Source: a candidate division WOR-3 bacterium (GTDB taxonomy: Bacteria; Hydrothermota; 32-111). Taken from it: DNA of 64,000 bases. The translations under genes were made by a program, and so were the position numbers. The notes below the pieces were generated by a model. That model had not been told where the DNA came from. It made no database searches and saw only the letters and a program-made list of their open reading frames with translations. The stretch spans positions 192,001 to 256,000 of the forward strand of contig JBDRZU010000002.1 of the NCBI GenBank assembly GCA_039804105.1. The letters are read 5' to 3'. Below, one piece after another: positions 1-10,072 of the stretch. Position 1 is the stretch's first letter. Every line of letters starts with the position of its first letter.

Positions 1-428
1 CTCACAAAAATATTTTTTATTTGAGATTTTTCATCATAAACTTTTATTTTTACGGTTACATTTTTTTCACCCAAAGTCGGATTGGGATAAGTTGAAAAAC
101 CAACGACAACAGGACCGGTTGTATCCTGAACTTTCTCATAATTTTCTTGAACTTTTATCAAAAAATCATTTTCAGATCCATATTTTTGTATAACAGCATT
201 TTTATACCCCAGAGAGTTCATAACCTCTCTTAATTGATCAATCTTAACCTCTTTATCAAAATGAACCTGTAAAACCATTCCACCTGTAAAATCAATCCCA
301 AGGTTTAATCCTTTATTAAAAATTATCGTAAGTAAACTTCCGATTACAAGCACCAGTGAGATTATGTATGTTATTTTTCGTATTCCAACAAAATTTATCT
401 CTGGAAGATTTATCTTCTTAAAATTCAT
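1..428 (-). CDS. secF: Protein translocase subunit SecF, N-terminal part (runs off the window edge)
   Basis: Manual translation from ATG 428: MNFKKINLPEINFVGIRK...GLNLGIDFTGG (SecD/F GG motif). GGAGG RBS upstream. Directly downstream of secD. Not in the ORF track. Confidence 0.93.
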   Translation of the reverse strand, partial: MNFKKINLPEINFVGIRKITYIISLVLVIGSLLTIIFNKGLNLGIDFTGGMVLQVHFDKEVKIDQLREVMNSLGYKNAVIQKYGSENDFLIKVQENYEKVQDTTGPVVVGFSTYPNPTLGEKNVTVKIKVYDEKSQIKNIFV

Positions 429-436
429 CTTTCCTC

Positions 437-1969
437 CTATATGGACAATTTTTTAAAGTTTGGATTGGAAGTGATTATATCAAAAATGACTCTTGTAACG
501 AATATCGCTGAGAAGAAACTTATAACAAGACCAAGTCCAAAAGTGACAGCAAAACCTTTTATAGGACCGGTTCCAAACCAATAAAGTATGATTGCAGTCA
601 CAAGTGATGTGAGGTTTGCGTCAAAAATCGTTGAAAATGCTTTTGAATAACCTGCTGAAATTGCTGTTTTAATGGTCTTTCCTGATGATAGTTCCTCTCT
701 TATTCTTTCAAATATCAAAACATTTGCATCTATTGCTGTTCCAACAAGAAGTATCAAACCAGCCATCCCTGGAAGAGTAAGAGTTGCTCTGAATAAAGAT
801 AAAACGGCAAGAAGGATTATAAGATTTAAAATCATAGCAAAATCGGCTATCATTCCAGACAGACCATAATATATCGCCATGAAAATGAATACAACAATGA
901 CACCATATATAAGAGATCTTATTCCTTTTCTTATTGAATCTCCACCGAGTGTTGGTCCCACTGATCTTTCCTCAATTATTCTAACTGGAGCAGGTAAAGC
1001 ACCAGCTTTCAAAATAACCGCAAGATCTTTTGCATCGTTTATTGTTGCATTTCCCATTGAGATTTCCGTATTTCCTGAAGGTATCCTTTCCCTCACAACT
1101 GGTGCTGAAACTATCACACTATCAAGTGAAAAAGCGATCCTTCTTCCAATGTTTGATCCAGTTATTGAAGCCCATTTGTTTTTGGCATTTTTATTCATAG
1201 TTAACTCAACTTTTACTCCATATGGATTATCACTCGTTCCTATTGCAGCTCTTGCATCAAGAATAGCATCACCTTTTAAAACAGGATTCTTTTCAACAAG
1301 GTAAAGTATCGTCTGGTTCACTCCATCCTTGTTTTTTTCCTTCCCCCACATAAAAACATAATCCGAAGGAATCAAATTTTTTATTTCTTCTTTTGAAAGG
1401 ATGTTTTTTACAAGCGATATATTTTCAGGATATACAATAAAGTCGACTCCATTGTTATCAACAAGAGTTGATATTAGCACCGTATCCTTCATCTCTTCAA
1501 GTTTTTTATCTATATTTTCAAAAACTTTTTGAACAACAGCATTTTCAGCAACTATTCTAAACTCAAGTTGTGCTGTTTTTCCAATAAGATTTTTTGCCCT
1601 CTCTCTATCGACGACTCCAGGTAACTGTATACTTATTCTGTCGTTTCCCTGTTTTTCAACAAGTGGCTCAGTTACACCAAACTGATCAATCCTGTTTTTT
1701 AAAATTTCAAGTGCTCTATCAACAGCACCGTCAGATTCCTCTTTACTTAAAGAGGTCTTATCAACTTCAAGAATAAGGTTCATTCCACCTTGAAGATCAA
1801 GTCCAAGATGGAGTGATCTATTTCTTAAACTATTTATCTGTTCATAGGTCATGTTGATTTTATCTTTATCAGATAATGTATAGTAGCGAAATGTATAGTA
1901 GAGTTGATATAAAGAAAGAACTAAAATCACTACAACAATTAAAATTCTCCATCTAAGATCAAGTTTCAT
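437..1969 (-). CDS. secD: Protein translocase subunit SecD
   Basis: LGLDLQGG, RIDQFGVTEP, GALPAP, VGPTLG, DANVLIFERIREE and GPIKGFAVT motifs. ATG 1969 follows AAGGAGG. Confidence 0.97.
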   Translation of the reverse strand: MKLDLRWRILIVVVILVLSLYQLYYTFRYYTLSDKDKINMTYEQINSLRNRSLHLGLDLQGGMNLILEVDKTSLSKEESDGAVDRALEILKNRIDQFGVTEPLVEKQGNDRISIQLPGVVDRERAKNLIGKTAQLEFRIVAENAVVQKVFENIDKKLEEMKDTVLISTLVDNNGVDFIVYPENISLVKNILSKEEIKNLIPSDYVFMWGKEKNKDGVNQTILYLVEKNPVLKGDAILDARAAIGTSDNPYGVKVELTMNKNAKNKWASITGSNIGRRIAFSLDSVIVSAPVVRERIPSGNTEISMGNATINDAKDLAVILKAGALPAPVRIIEERSVGPTLGGDSIRKGIRSLIYGVIVVFIFMAIYYGLSGMIADFAMILNLIILLAVLSLFRATLTLPGMAGLILLVGTAIDANVLIFERIREELSSGKTIKTAISAGYSKAFSTIFDANLTSLVTAIILYWFGTGPIKGFAVTFGLGLVISFFSAIFVTRVIFDIITSNPNFKKLSI

Positions 1970-2054
1970 CAATCCTCCTTATAAATAAAATTTATTTACT
2001 CAATTTTAAAGGTTATCATATTTTAAAGATTTAGTCAATATTTGGAGTATTAAT

Positions 2055-3260
2055 TCAAAATCTAAAACTCTCAATATTTATATATTTGCTTCCCCATGTA
2101 TACGATAAACTCACTTCCAGAAAAAAAGCATAATCGGTTGCTCTCTCCTTTTGAAGAAGAAGCAGATCTTCATCTGTATATCCAGCTTTCTGAATGTTTC
2201 TTTTGTCTCTTGGGACAACAAAATCTCCATACAGATTAACAGAAAAACCTTTAAAAAAATATAATTTCATTCTTCCTTCAAGAGAGAGAGAATATTGATC
2301 AAAATACTGGATATAGTTAGATCCTAAAAGAGATAGAGAAATATTACCTTTTGGAAATAAAACATTATAAGACAATTTTATAATGTTTCGATGCAAAATC
2401 TCTCTTATCCTATCATAAACTGTAGTATCATAGTATATAATGAAGGATGGTTTAAATTCATAGGAAATTTTTAACAATCTCGTGTTTCCTTCAACATATG
2501 GAAATAAACTGTATTCTATTCCAATCGAAAGATCATTTTTCAATTTATAGTTTGAAAAAATTGAATTGTATCCATCAAGTTTCACTCTACTTGATATTCT
2601 ATCATTTATCGCTTGAATATATTCAACTTCTGAGAAAATATTTCTATTAAAACTTGTTAAAATTCTATTTGAATCAAGGTAAAAATATTTTTTGTTCACA
2701 GAAAAAGATATATCAAGTTTTATCTGATCATCATTTATAAATCTGTTTCCACCGAGTTTAACTTTTAAAAGATTATTCTTATATTGATTTTCAGAATAGA
2801 GTTCAGTCAACCCTTCAAGATTAAAATTCCACCCATATACTTTTTTCTCTTCAACAATTTTTTCCGTCTCAGTTATTGAAACTTTTTCCAAATAATCCTG
2901 TTCAAAAAAATTCCCCAATAACATTACTATAAAACTTTTATAGAGATTCTGGTAAATATCGTATTCAGAAATATTTTTGTCGAAAAAAAGTTTAATAGTA
3001 TCTGAAAGATTTTTATATTTGTTTTGTCCATACGAGAAAAGAGTAAACGAAATATTGGTTTCATTAACATCTCTTTTTAATACAAAAAAGACATCTGACT
3101 CTTCTTTTATATTTGAAAATTCAAAATTTTTAACTTTTGTCATCAGAAAACTTTTTAAATTTTGATCCTCACAATCAAGAAAAATTGTTAAACTCAATAA
3201 ATATGAGTGAAAAGTTAAAAAGAAAAATGAAACAAAAAAAATTTTTTTCATAATATTCAT
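2055..3260 (-). CDS. Hypothetical exported protein, probable outer-membrane beta-barrel
   Basis: N-terminal signal-like segment, amphipathic beta-strand pattern, C-terminal Phe (ESFRF). Start uncertain (3263, 3260 or 3251). Confidence 0.6.
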   Translation of the reverse strand: MNIMKKIFFVSFFFLTFHSYLLSLTIFLDCEDQNLKSFLMTKVKNFEFSNIKEESDVFFVLKRDVNETNISFTLFSYGQNKYKNLSDTIKLFFDKNISEYDIYQNLYKSFIVMLLGNFFEQDYLEKVSITETEKIVEEKKVYGWNFNLEGLTELYSENQYKNNLLKVKLGGNRFINDDQIKLDISFSVNKKYFYLDSNRILTSFNRNIFSEVEYIQAINDRISSRVKLDGYNSIFSNYKLKNDLSIGIEYSLFPYVEGNTRLLKISYEFKPSFIIYYDTTVYDRIREILHRNIIKLSYNVLFPKGNISLSLLGSNYIQYFDQYSLSLEGRMKLYFFKGFSVNLYGDFVVPRDKRNIQKAGYTDEDLLLLQKERATDYAFFLEVSLSYTWGSKYINIESFRF

Positions 3261-3270
3261 CAATTTTTTG

Positions 3271-3298
3271 ATTATATAAAAAAATTTCTTAAATTCAA
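3271..3298 (-). promoter_or_regulatory. sigma70-type promoter TTGAAT-N16-TATAAT
   Basis: Near-consensus hexamers just upstream of the 2055..3260 gene. Confidence 0.6.
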
Positions 3299-3300
3299 TG

Positions 3301-3328
3301 TTTACATTACATTAAACTCTTATATAAT
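3301..3328 (+). promoter_or_regulatory. sigma70-type promoter TTTACA-N16-TATAAT, probably leaderless
   Basis: -10 box ends 6 nt before ATG 3335. No SD sequence. Confidence 0.6.
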
Positions 3329-3334
3329 AGATTT

Positions 3335-4444
3335 ATGAAGATCAGAAGTATTACACTTTTTTATAATTTTAAAGAATTTAAAATTAAAAAGAATCTCATC
3401 GAAAAAATTGAAAATATCAAGAAGATTTACAATGATGCAATAAGAAAGAATTTTACCGTTCAAACCCTAAGATTATCTACAAACATTGCTTCTTTAAATA
3501 CAGATTTTCTTACAAAAATTTCAATAGTAAGAGATCTCCAAGAGATCTTGAAAGAACAGAAAATTGAATTTTTCAATGTAGGAAAAGTAAACACTTTGGA
3601 AATAAATAAAACCATGAAACTTTTTGAAAAATTTAATGTTTCCGCTTTTTTTGAAATCTGTACTGGATCTTTTGATGAAAAATCTGTTATCAAAGGAGCA
3701 AAATTAATAAAAGAACTGTCATACATAAGCCCTTTGAAAAATTTCAATTTTGGAATTTCATTCAATATCATATCTGGAACACCTTTCTTTCCATCATCAT
3801 TTTCAATAAAGGATGGGTTTTCGATTGGATTTGAAAATGGTGATATCTTACAAAATATTTTTAAAAATGTGAAAAATTTTTCAGAACTTGAAAATACAAT
3901 TGAAAAAAGTTTATATCAAGAATATAAAATTTTTGAAAATTTCTTTGAAAAGGAAGCAAAAAAAAGAAATCTTGAGTTTTTAGGTTTGGATTTATCTTTT
4001 GCTCCCGGGATAAAAAAGAGTGAATCGGTTTATGAAGCGTTTTACATTTTGAAAAGAAATATTAAAAGAAAAAATATAAACGATATCTCAATAGCGGGTG
4101 CTATCACTACCACTTTGAAAAATTTAAAAATTAAAAAAACTGGATACTGTGGGCTAATGCTCCCCTTATCTGAAGATTACAGGTTATCAAAAATGAGTTT
4201 TGATAACAACATAAGAATAAAAGATCTTTTACTTTTATCATCTGTTTGTGGCTGTGGAATTGATACTGTTCCAATAAGTACCGATTCAAAAAACGAATTC
4301 ATTGAATCATTAATTATCGATTCCTATACAATATCAAGAAAGTGGAAAAAGCCATTACAACTAAGGATTTTACCAGTTCATAACCAAGAAATAGTCAAAT
4401 TTAATTCAAAATATTTACTAAAAACAAAATTTTTGGAGTATTAA
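3335..4444 (+). CDS. DUF711 / UPF0210 family protein
   Basis: GLDLSFAP, GYCGLMLPLSED and SSVCGCGIDTVP motifs typical of DUF711. Confidence 0.85.
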   Translation: MKIRSITLFYNFKEFKIKKNLIEKIENIKKIYNDAIRKNFTVQTLRLSTNIASLNTDFLTKISIVRDLQEILKEQKIEFFNVGKVNTLEINKTMKLFEKFNVSAFFEICTGSFDEKSVIKGAKLIKELSYISPLKNFNFGISFNIISGTPFFPSSFSIKDGFSIGFENGDILQNIFKNVKNFSELENTIEKSLYQEYKIFENFFEKEAKKRNLEFLGLDLSFAPGIKKSESVYEAFYILKRNIKRKNINDISIAGAITTTLKNLKIKKTGYCGLMLPLSEDYRLSKMSFDNNIRIKDLLLLSSVCGCGIDTVPISTDSKNEFIESLIIDSYTISRKWKKPLQLRILPVHNQEIVKFNSKYLLKTKFLEY

Positions 4445-5547
4445 AATTTTGTTCCAATTTGAAAAAGGAAAATTGTTGGAATTTTATAGAATTCTTCTTT
4501 TGAATCTCCATAAGTTCCAACAACCGAAAACGAGGTTATCAGATTATTAACAGGAATATAGGAAATATTAAAAATTGATATTAGAGAAAGATCATCAAGG
4601 TTGAATATCGAGTTTATAGAAAAATTTAACCTATCATTAAGGTTCAAAAGAGAAGTCAAAAACATATAGTATCTACCCAAAAGAAAATCCCCATTCAGGT
4701 ATTTATTTATTATGTTTATATCACTGTATGGGGCTTTGGGTGCTTTAAAGTTCGTATAAAATTCCTGACAGAGATAAAGTTTTTCAAAAAAAGTATAGTC
4801 CCAACCAAGAAGAAGATTCAAACCAAAATCATCATTCAATTTTAAAATGGTTATTTCATCATAAAAAGCGGGGCCAAAATATTCTGATAATAGTGATATA
4901 CCAACAAGATAATTCTCAGTAGAATCTATCGAAAGAAGATTTTTTCTAACCTGAGAATATCTTGAGAAAAAAAACCGTGAATTTAAATAATCGTTTAAAT
5001 ATTCCAAAAAGAGGCCTTCTTTGGAAGAGAAAAAGTCATTGTTATCCTGATATATCAATGTAGAAGTGAAATTATTTTTTGAGTAAGAAAAAAGAATGTT
5101 TGATGGAAACTCTTTCAAAGATAGCATATCAAATGGAGAATTGAAGTAGAATATATCAACTGGTGAGTATATCTCAGAAAAACTCCATTTAACAGGGAAT
5201 TTTCCTATTTTCACATTAATTCCATTTTTATACAGGGATAAGTAAAGTTGTGTAAACCTATATTGATTTGAAAGGTACATATACTTAGGCATTATACCTA
5301 TCATTGAAAAATCTATATCAGGATATGGGATCTCATATTTTGCATCACCCTGATATATCCTTGCATCGAATTGCGCAAAAAATTTTAAAATTTCATTCGA
5401 GTTTTCAAGATCCAAAACAAGATCATGTGAAGAAAAGTAATTTATTTTATAGAAATAAAAATAACTGTAATTATAGTTGAAAGATAGGTTAAAAGAGTTT
5501 AACAGAAGAAAACTAAAAAAATATATAAAAAACAGAAATTTTTTCAT
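4441..5547 (-). CDS. Hypothetical exported protein, probable outer-membrane beta-barrel
   Basis: Signal peptide, aromatic-rich beta strands, C-terminal Phe (IGTKF). Last gene of the ABC/LolA-like operon. Confidence 0.6.
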   Translation of the reverse strand: MKKFLFFIYFFSFLLLNSFNLSFNYNYSYFYFYKINYFSSHDLVLDLENSNEILKFFAQFDARIYQGDAKYEIPYPDIDFSMIGIMPKYMYLSNQYRFTQLYLSLYKNGINVKIGKFPVKWSFSEIYSPVDIFYFNSPFDMLSLKEFPSNILFSYSKNNFTSTLIYQDNNDFFSSKEGLFLEYLNDYLNSRFFFSRYSQVRKNLLSIDSTENYLVGISLLSEYFGPAFYDEITILKLNDDFGLNLLLGWDYTFFEKLYLCQEFYTNFKAPKAPYSDINIINKYLNGDFLLGRYYMFLTSLLNLNDRLNFSINSIFNLDDLSLISIFNISYIPVNNLITSFSVVGTYGDSKEEFYKIPTIFLFQIGTKF

Positions 5548-6263
5548 CTTTCAAGATATGATTTTGTGAAATAATTTTCGGGAAGTTTATCTTTTATACT
5601 TATATCCGTATACTCAATCGTGGTAATATTCTTTTTCTGTAAAAGATCTTTCATAACAACTTTTTTAGGGAAGTATATATCTTTTATTTTTTCATACTCT
5701 TCAATATAAAATTCTTTCAACAACCTGTTTGATGACGAATAGATCTCTTCTTTATAAGGGAGATAAACATCTTTCCTCACATAACTCTTTTTGTATTTAT
5801 AGGGTGCATCATTCACTTTTGCTTTCATTTCAAGTATATAAAATTTTTCATCCTCAACGAGTGATATATCATAAATATCTTTTAACCTCCTCCTTTCTGA
5901 AATATCCTCATAGGAAAAGGAACTTCCCATGAAACCTTCTTTAAGCATATGTCCCTTTATCAAAACGGACCTACCAGCTGAAGGTAAATAAAGCCACATC
6001 GAATTATCCTTTTTTAAAAATCTGCTCCTATTGCCGTCAGTTGAAGTAAGAACTTCAACATAAACGTTTTTTTCATCCTTTATATAGAGTAAAAGATCCA
6101 TTTCTCTCGTGTTATCACTCTCTTCTATTTTCATTTTCGCTCTGTAAACAACATTTTTTACACTCAAATTCTTTTCAACTTTATCAATTATGCTTTCAAG
6201 AGTTTCGCCAAACACTAGGATTGTCAGAATCAGTGATAAAAACAAAAAAACTTTTTTTAACAT
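5544..6263 (-). CDS. Outer-membrane lipoprotein-sorting protein (LolA-like)
   Basis: Signal peptide. MWLYLP and FMGSSFSYED motifs, C-terminal YFTKSYL. Confidence 0.85.
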   Translation of the reverse strand: MLKKVFLFLSLILTILVFGETLESIIDKVEKNLSVKNVVYRAKMKIEESDNTREMDLLLYIKDEKNVYVEVLTSTDGNRSRFLKKDNSMWLYLPSAGRSVLIKGHMLKEGFMGSSFSYEDISERRRLKDIYDISLVEDEKFYILEMKAKVNDAPYKYKKSYVRKDVYLPYKEEIYSSSNRLLKEFYIEEYEKIKDIYFPKKVVMKDLLQKKNITTIEYTDISIKDKLPENYFTKSYLER

Positions 6264-6265
6264 TT

Positions 6266-7468
6266 TTACTCCCTCAATATTTCGACAGGATTAACACTTT
6301 TGACTCTTTTTACAAGGAAAAGTGATGATAAAGAAGATGTCAAAATTCCAAGAACAAAACCTATCAAAACGTTCATAAAAGATAAGGAAGGATATATAAC
6401 TGGGACTATCGGTATCTGAATATCTTTTAAAGCAGCAGAATAATCGAATCCAATTTTTGAAAAAATAAACGTTATACTTGATCCAAGAATAACTCCCATT
6501 AAAGTCCCGATGATTCCGATAATCGTTGTTTCAAAAAAGAATATCAAAAATATTTTTCCAGATTTCAAACCAAGAGATTTCATCATTCCTATTTCCTTTT
6601 TCCTTTCATATAAAGCCATGACCATCGTATTTATTATTGCGATGGAAGCGAGAAAGAAAATTATCAAAAAAACTATACCCATAACCGAAAAAGAAACCTT
6701 TAACATACTTAAAAGTGTTTCACCTTCCTGCCAGTTTGAAAGAAAATAATCATCAGATAAAAAGTTTTTTATCTCTTTTGAAACTTTTAAAGAAGAACCT
6801 AAATCTTTGCAGTATATTAAAAGTTCTATCGCTTTTGTAGAATCCATAGCAAGCAGCCTTTGAGCATCATTTATATGAAGAAATACTATATTCGATGCGA
6901 TATATTCAATATCCGTCTCATAAAAATCTTTTACAAGCAAAGAGATTCCATTAAGATAACCGTAAACTGTCTGAGTTATCAAAACAAGTGTATCATTCTT
7001 GTTTATGTTAAATTTATCAGCAAATTTTTTAGAAATTAGAATTTCTCCCCTATTTAAAGATTTACCCTTAAGTAAAACAAAATCTTTTTCCCTTTCAGGA
7101 AGGATAGAAAAACCGATAACTCCATCAGCTTCGTTATCACCTTTTGCGATCAATGTTCCAAATTTTATCCTTGGTCTTATAAGCTTTACATTTTTTATTC
7201 CTGATATTTTGTTTTCAAGTTCAATGTAGTTTAAAGTATAATTTATCGGCATCATTCTTTCTTTCTCTTTATATTCTTTTTTGACAATCTTTATATGCCC
7301 TGTCTCCATATCTGATATGTTTTGAATTATAGGAACGAATTCACCATCTATAAAAGATTTTCCAAATATTGTCGCTGCAACTGCAATTGTAATACCCAAC
7401 GATGTTAAAAAAGTTCTTCTATGATTTCTAAAAATATTTTTGAAGGCAATCTTTAAAATAAAATTCAT
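6266..7468 (-). CDS. ABC transporter permease, FtsX/LolE/MacB family
   Basis: KNIFRNHRRTFLT and INTMVMALYERKKEIGMMKSLG motifs. Four-TM layout. Confidence 0.92.
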   Translation of the reverse strand: MNFILKIAFKNIFRNHRRTFLTSLGITIAVAATIFGKSFIDGEFVPIIQNISDMETGHIKIVKKEYKEKERMMPINYTLNYIELENKISGIKNVKLIRPRIKFGTLIAKGDNEADGVIGFSILPEREKDFVLLKGKSLNRGEILISKKFADKFNINKNDTLVLITQTVYGYLNGISLLVKDFYETDIEYIASNIVFLHINDAQRLLAMDSTKAIELLIYCKDLGSSLKVSKEIKNFLSDDYFLSNWQEGETLLSMLKVSFSVMGIVFLIIFFLASIAIINTMVMALYERKKEIGMMKSLGLKSGKIFLIFFFETTIIGIIGTLMGVILGSSITFIFSKIGFDYSAALKDIQIPIVPVIYPSLSFMNVLIGFVLGILTSSLSSLFLVKRVKSVNPVEILRE

Positions 7469-8697
7469 TTTAAAATCCTGATTATGTTTTCCCTGATAGC
7501 CCTTCTTGCAGGATAAAAAGAAGCCAAAACACCTATAAATGTTCCAAAAATACCTGCCTGTAAAATCGAGATCAAATTAAAGGAACCCCTAAAAATACTC
7601 TTTATCGGATAACCTATATCCATGTCTCCTATCACACTAGAAAAATCTAAACCAACCCTATAAAGGTAAAACGAAATCAATCCTCCTAAAACCATTCCAA
7701 CAATTGATCCGATCAGACCTATCAATGCACCTTCAAATACAAACATCTTTAAAATCACATGGTTTGGGGCACCCATCGCTCGCATAGTTCCTATCTCTTT
7801 AAACCTCTCATAGATCGAAAGTAAAATTGTATTCGCTATACCAACACCACCAATTATAAGTATAACAAATATTACGATCCCTCCAGAGTATTTTTTAGCT
7901 GAATCTATAGCTTTTATCTCGAAAGCAAAATCCTCCCATGTTACCAGTTTTAAACCAGGGTATTTTGAAAGTACTCTATCAAACTTTTTAACAAAATCGT
8001 ATAGTGAACCGTTCTTTTTTAACTTTATAGAAACATTTGAGACCTTCTTTTCTACATCCAAAAAATTTCTCGCTTGATCGATATTCACAAACACTGTTGT
8101 CCTGTCAATGTTTGGATTTCCTGTTGAAACACATCCTATCAATTTTGTATCAAAAGCATCAAAAGTACCGCCTGAAGTTCTCGATTGAATTATCAATAAC
8201 GAATCTGTACTTACATCAAAATATTTTAAAATATCACTTCCAACAACTATACTTCCAGCGCTAAAATTTTCTATTCTGGAAAAACTCATATCAAAGGTTT
8301 TATATGTTTTTATATATGAGTTAAAATCTATACCTTTTATAAGAACAGGTAATTTGTTCAAACCATCCGAAAGATTTCCAATAAAAACTATTTCATAAGT
8401 AAAACTTTCTACCATGTCTGAATTGATCAAAAAACTAATTATCTCTTCAGGGACTATAAATCCTATCTCATTTATATCCATTTTTTTATCACTCAATGAA
8501 AAGTTCTTTGAAACCAATTTCAAACTTGCAGTTTCAAAGTTTATTAAATTGTTTATTGAATCCCTGTTCAAACCATCAAGTAGAGAAAACATTGTAATAA
8601 GAAGCATCACCCCAAAAACTACAGGGATAAGTGTAAGTATCGTTCTTTGTTTGCTTCTAAAAATATTTTTGAATGCAAGTTTTATCCAGAATACCAT
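7465..8697 (-). CDS. ABC transporter permease, FtsX/LolE/MacB family
   Basis: KNIFRSKQRTILT, SIYERFKEIGTMRAMG and YPARRA motifs. Start moved to ATG 8697. Confidence 0.92.
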   Translation of the reverse strand: MVFWIKLAFKNIFRSKQRTILTLIPVVFGVMLLITMFSLLDGLNRDSINNLINFETASLKLVSKNFSLSDKKMDINEIGFIVPEEIISFLINSDMVESFTYEIVFIGNLSDGLNKLPVLIKGIDFNSYIKTYKTFDMSFSRIENFSAGSIVVGSDILKYFDVSTDSLLIIQSRTSGGTFDAFDTKLIGCVSTGNPNIDRTTVFVNIDQARNFLDVEKKVSNVSIKLKKNGSLYDFVKKFDRVLSKYPGLKLVTWEDFAFEIKAIDSAKKYSGGIVIFVILIIGGVGIANTILLSIYERFKEIGTMRAMGAPNHVILKMFVFEGALIGLIGSIVGMVLGGLISFYLYRVGLDFSSVIGDMDIGYPIKSIFRGSFNLISILQAGIFGTFIGVLASFYPARRAIRENIIRILK

Positions 8698-8698
8698 A

Positions 8699-9376
8699 TC
8701 AAACCTTCTCAACTATTTTTCCATCCCTTAAGAATATAACATTATCTGCATAATCCATAACAAGTTTATCATGGGTTGAAAAAATGAATGTTGTGTTCAA
8801 ATCTTTGTTCATCTTTCTCATTATTTCCATAACATTTTTTGCGTTTTCAGAATCAAGGTTTGCTGTTGGTTCATCAGCAAGAACAAGAATCGGTTTCTTC
8901 ACGAGAGCTCTTGCAATAGCAACTCTCTGCTTCTGTCCCCCCGATAACTCTTTTGGAAATCTGTTTTTGAGTTCAAGTATTCCAACCATTTCAAGTATCT
9001 CTTCAACAAGTTTTTTATGATTTTTGTTAAATTTTGGATTTATTGCAAGAGAAAATTCAACATTTTCGTATACTGTTAAAACAGGAATAAGATTGAAATC
9101 TTGAAAGATAAAACCTATATTTTGATTCCTAAAATATGTTAATCTGTTATCATCATATCCGACAACATTTTCCTTGTCAAAGTAAAGATTACCTGATGTG
9201 GGCTGATCGAGACAACCTATGATGTTCAAAAGCGTAGTCTTTCCACTTCCTGAAGGACCAGCAATAGATATAAAAGAGCCCTTTGTTATTTCGAGGGAAA
9301 CAGAATTTAAAGCCCTTACAACAACATCTCCAACTCTATAATCTTTAACAATATTCTCAACTTTTATATCCTGCAT
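8699..9376 (-). CDS. ABC transporter ATP-binding protein (LolD/MacB-like)
   Basis: Walker A GPSGSGKT, LSGGQKQRVAIARA, DEPT and H-loop STHD. ATG 9376 follows GGAGG. Confidence 0.95.
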   Translation of the reverse strand: MQDIKVENIVKDYRVGDVVVRALNSVSLEITKGSFISIAGPSGSGKTTLLNIIGCLDQPTSGNLYFDKENVVGYDDNRLTYFRNQNIGFIFQDFNLIPVLTVYENVEFSLAINPKFNKNHKKLVEEILEMVGILELKNRFPKELSGGQKQRVAIARALVKKPILVLADEPTANLDSENAKNVMEIMRKMNKDLNTTFIFSTHDKLVMDYADNVIFLRDGKIVEKV

Positions 9377-9938
9377 TATCCCTCCATCCAACTTTTTTTT
9401 GAATTTTTAAAAAATAAACAACCAGAAAATCCTTCAACAGATCACCTGGAAGAAAAGGAAAAACTCCAATATACAAAATTTTTCTAAGATTCACATTCTT
9501 ATGTAAAACAAAAGAAAAAAATGTAAACAGATACAATGTGCCGGTAACATATATCAAAAAATTACAAAAAATAAGAAGAAGTATCAAATTCTTATTAAAA
9601 GATTCTTTAAGATTCACAATTAAAAATGAAGAAATAAAAAAACCAATTATATAGCCATAGGTCGGAGAAAAGATTGAGAAAGTTGGATTGGTTGCGAACA
9701 ACGGAATTCCAAAAATTCCCAACATCACATATAAAAATACCGAAATAACTGCTTCTTTACCAAAAAGAAGTGAAATAAGAAATAATCCAAAAGTTTGACC
9801 TGTAATTGGAACAGGTGAAAATGGAAGGAAAATTTTTATTTTAGAAGTTAATGTCAAAAAAATAAGAGAGAATAGAATTTTTAAAACCTTGCTTGTTGTT
9901 GATTTTTCAATGATGAAAGTTTTATTTATAAAATACAT
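9357..9938 (-). CDS. bioY: Biotin transporter BioY (ECF S-component)
   Basis: PVPITGQTF, GIPLFA, PTYGYIIGF and PFLPGDLLK motifs. Confidence 0.9.
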   Translation of the reverse strand: MYFINKTFIIEKSTTSKVLKILFSLIFLTLTSKIKIFLPFSPVPITGQTFGLFLISLLFGKEAVISVFLYVMLGIFGIPLFATNPTFSIFSPTYGYIIGFFISSFLIVNLKESFNKNLILLLIFCNFLIYVTGTLYLFTFFSFVLHKNVNLRKILYIGVFPFLPGDLLKDFLVVYFLKIQKKVGWRDNAGYKS

Positions 9939-9969
9939 AAAAACTCCTTAATTTTCCTATTTTTAATGA

Positions 9970-9997
9970 ATTTTAAACTTTTAAAAATTCAAGTCAA
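9970..9997 (-). promoter_or_regulatory. sigma70-type promoter TTGACT-N16-TAAAAT (bioY operon)
   Basis: Near-consensus hexamers in the divergent intergenic region. Confidence 0.55.
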
Positions 9998-10018
9998 GTT
10001 TAAACTGAAAATTTTCAA

Positions 10019-10046
10019 TTGACTATTGAATATATACAAATATAAT
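10019..10046 (+). promoter_or_regulatory. sigma70-type promoter TTGACT-N16-TATAAT (yajC operon)
   Basis: Near-consensus hexamers, followed by a TAAGGAG RBS. Confidence 0.65.
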
Positions 10047-10072
10047 TATGAAAAACAAAATAAGGAGTTTAT

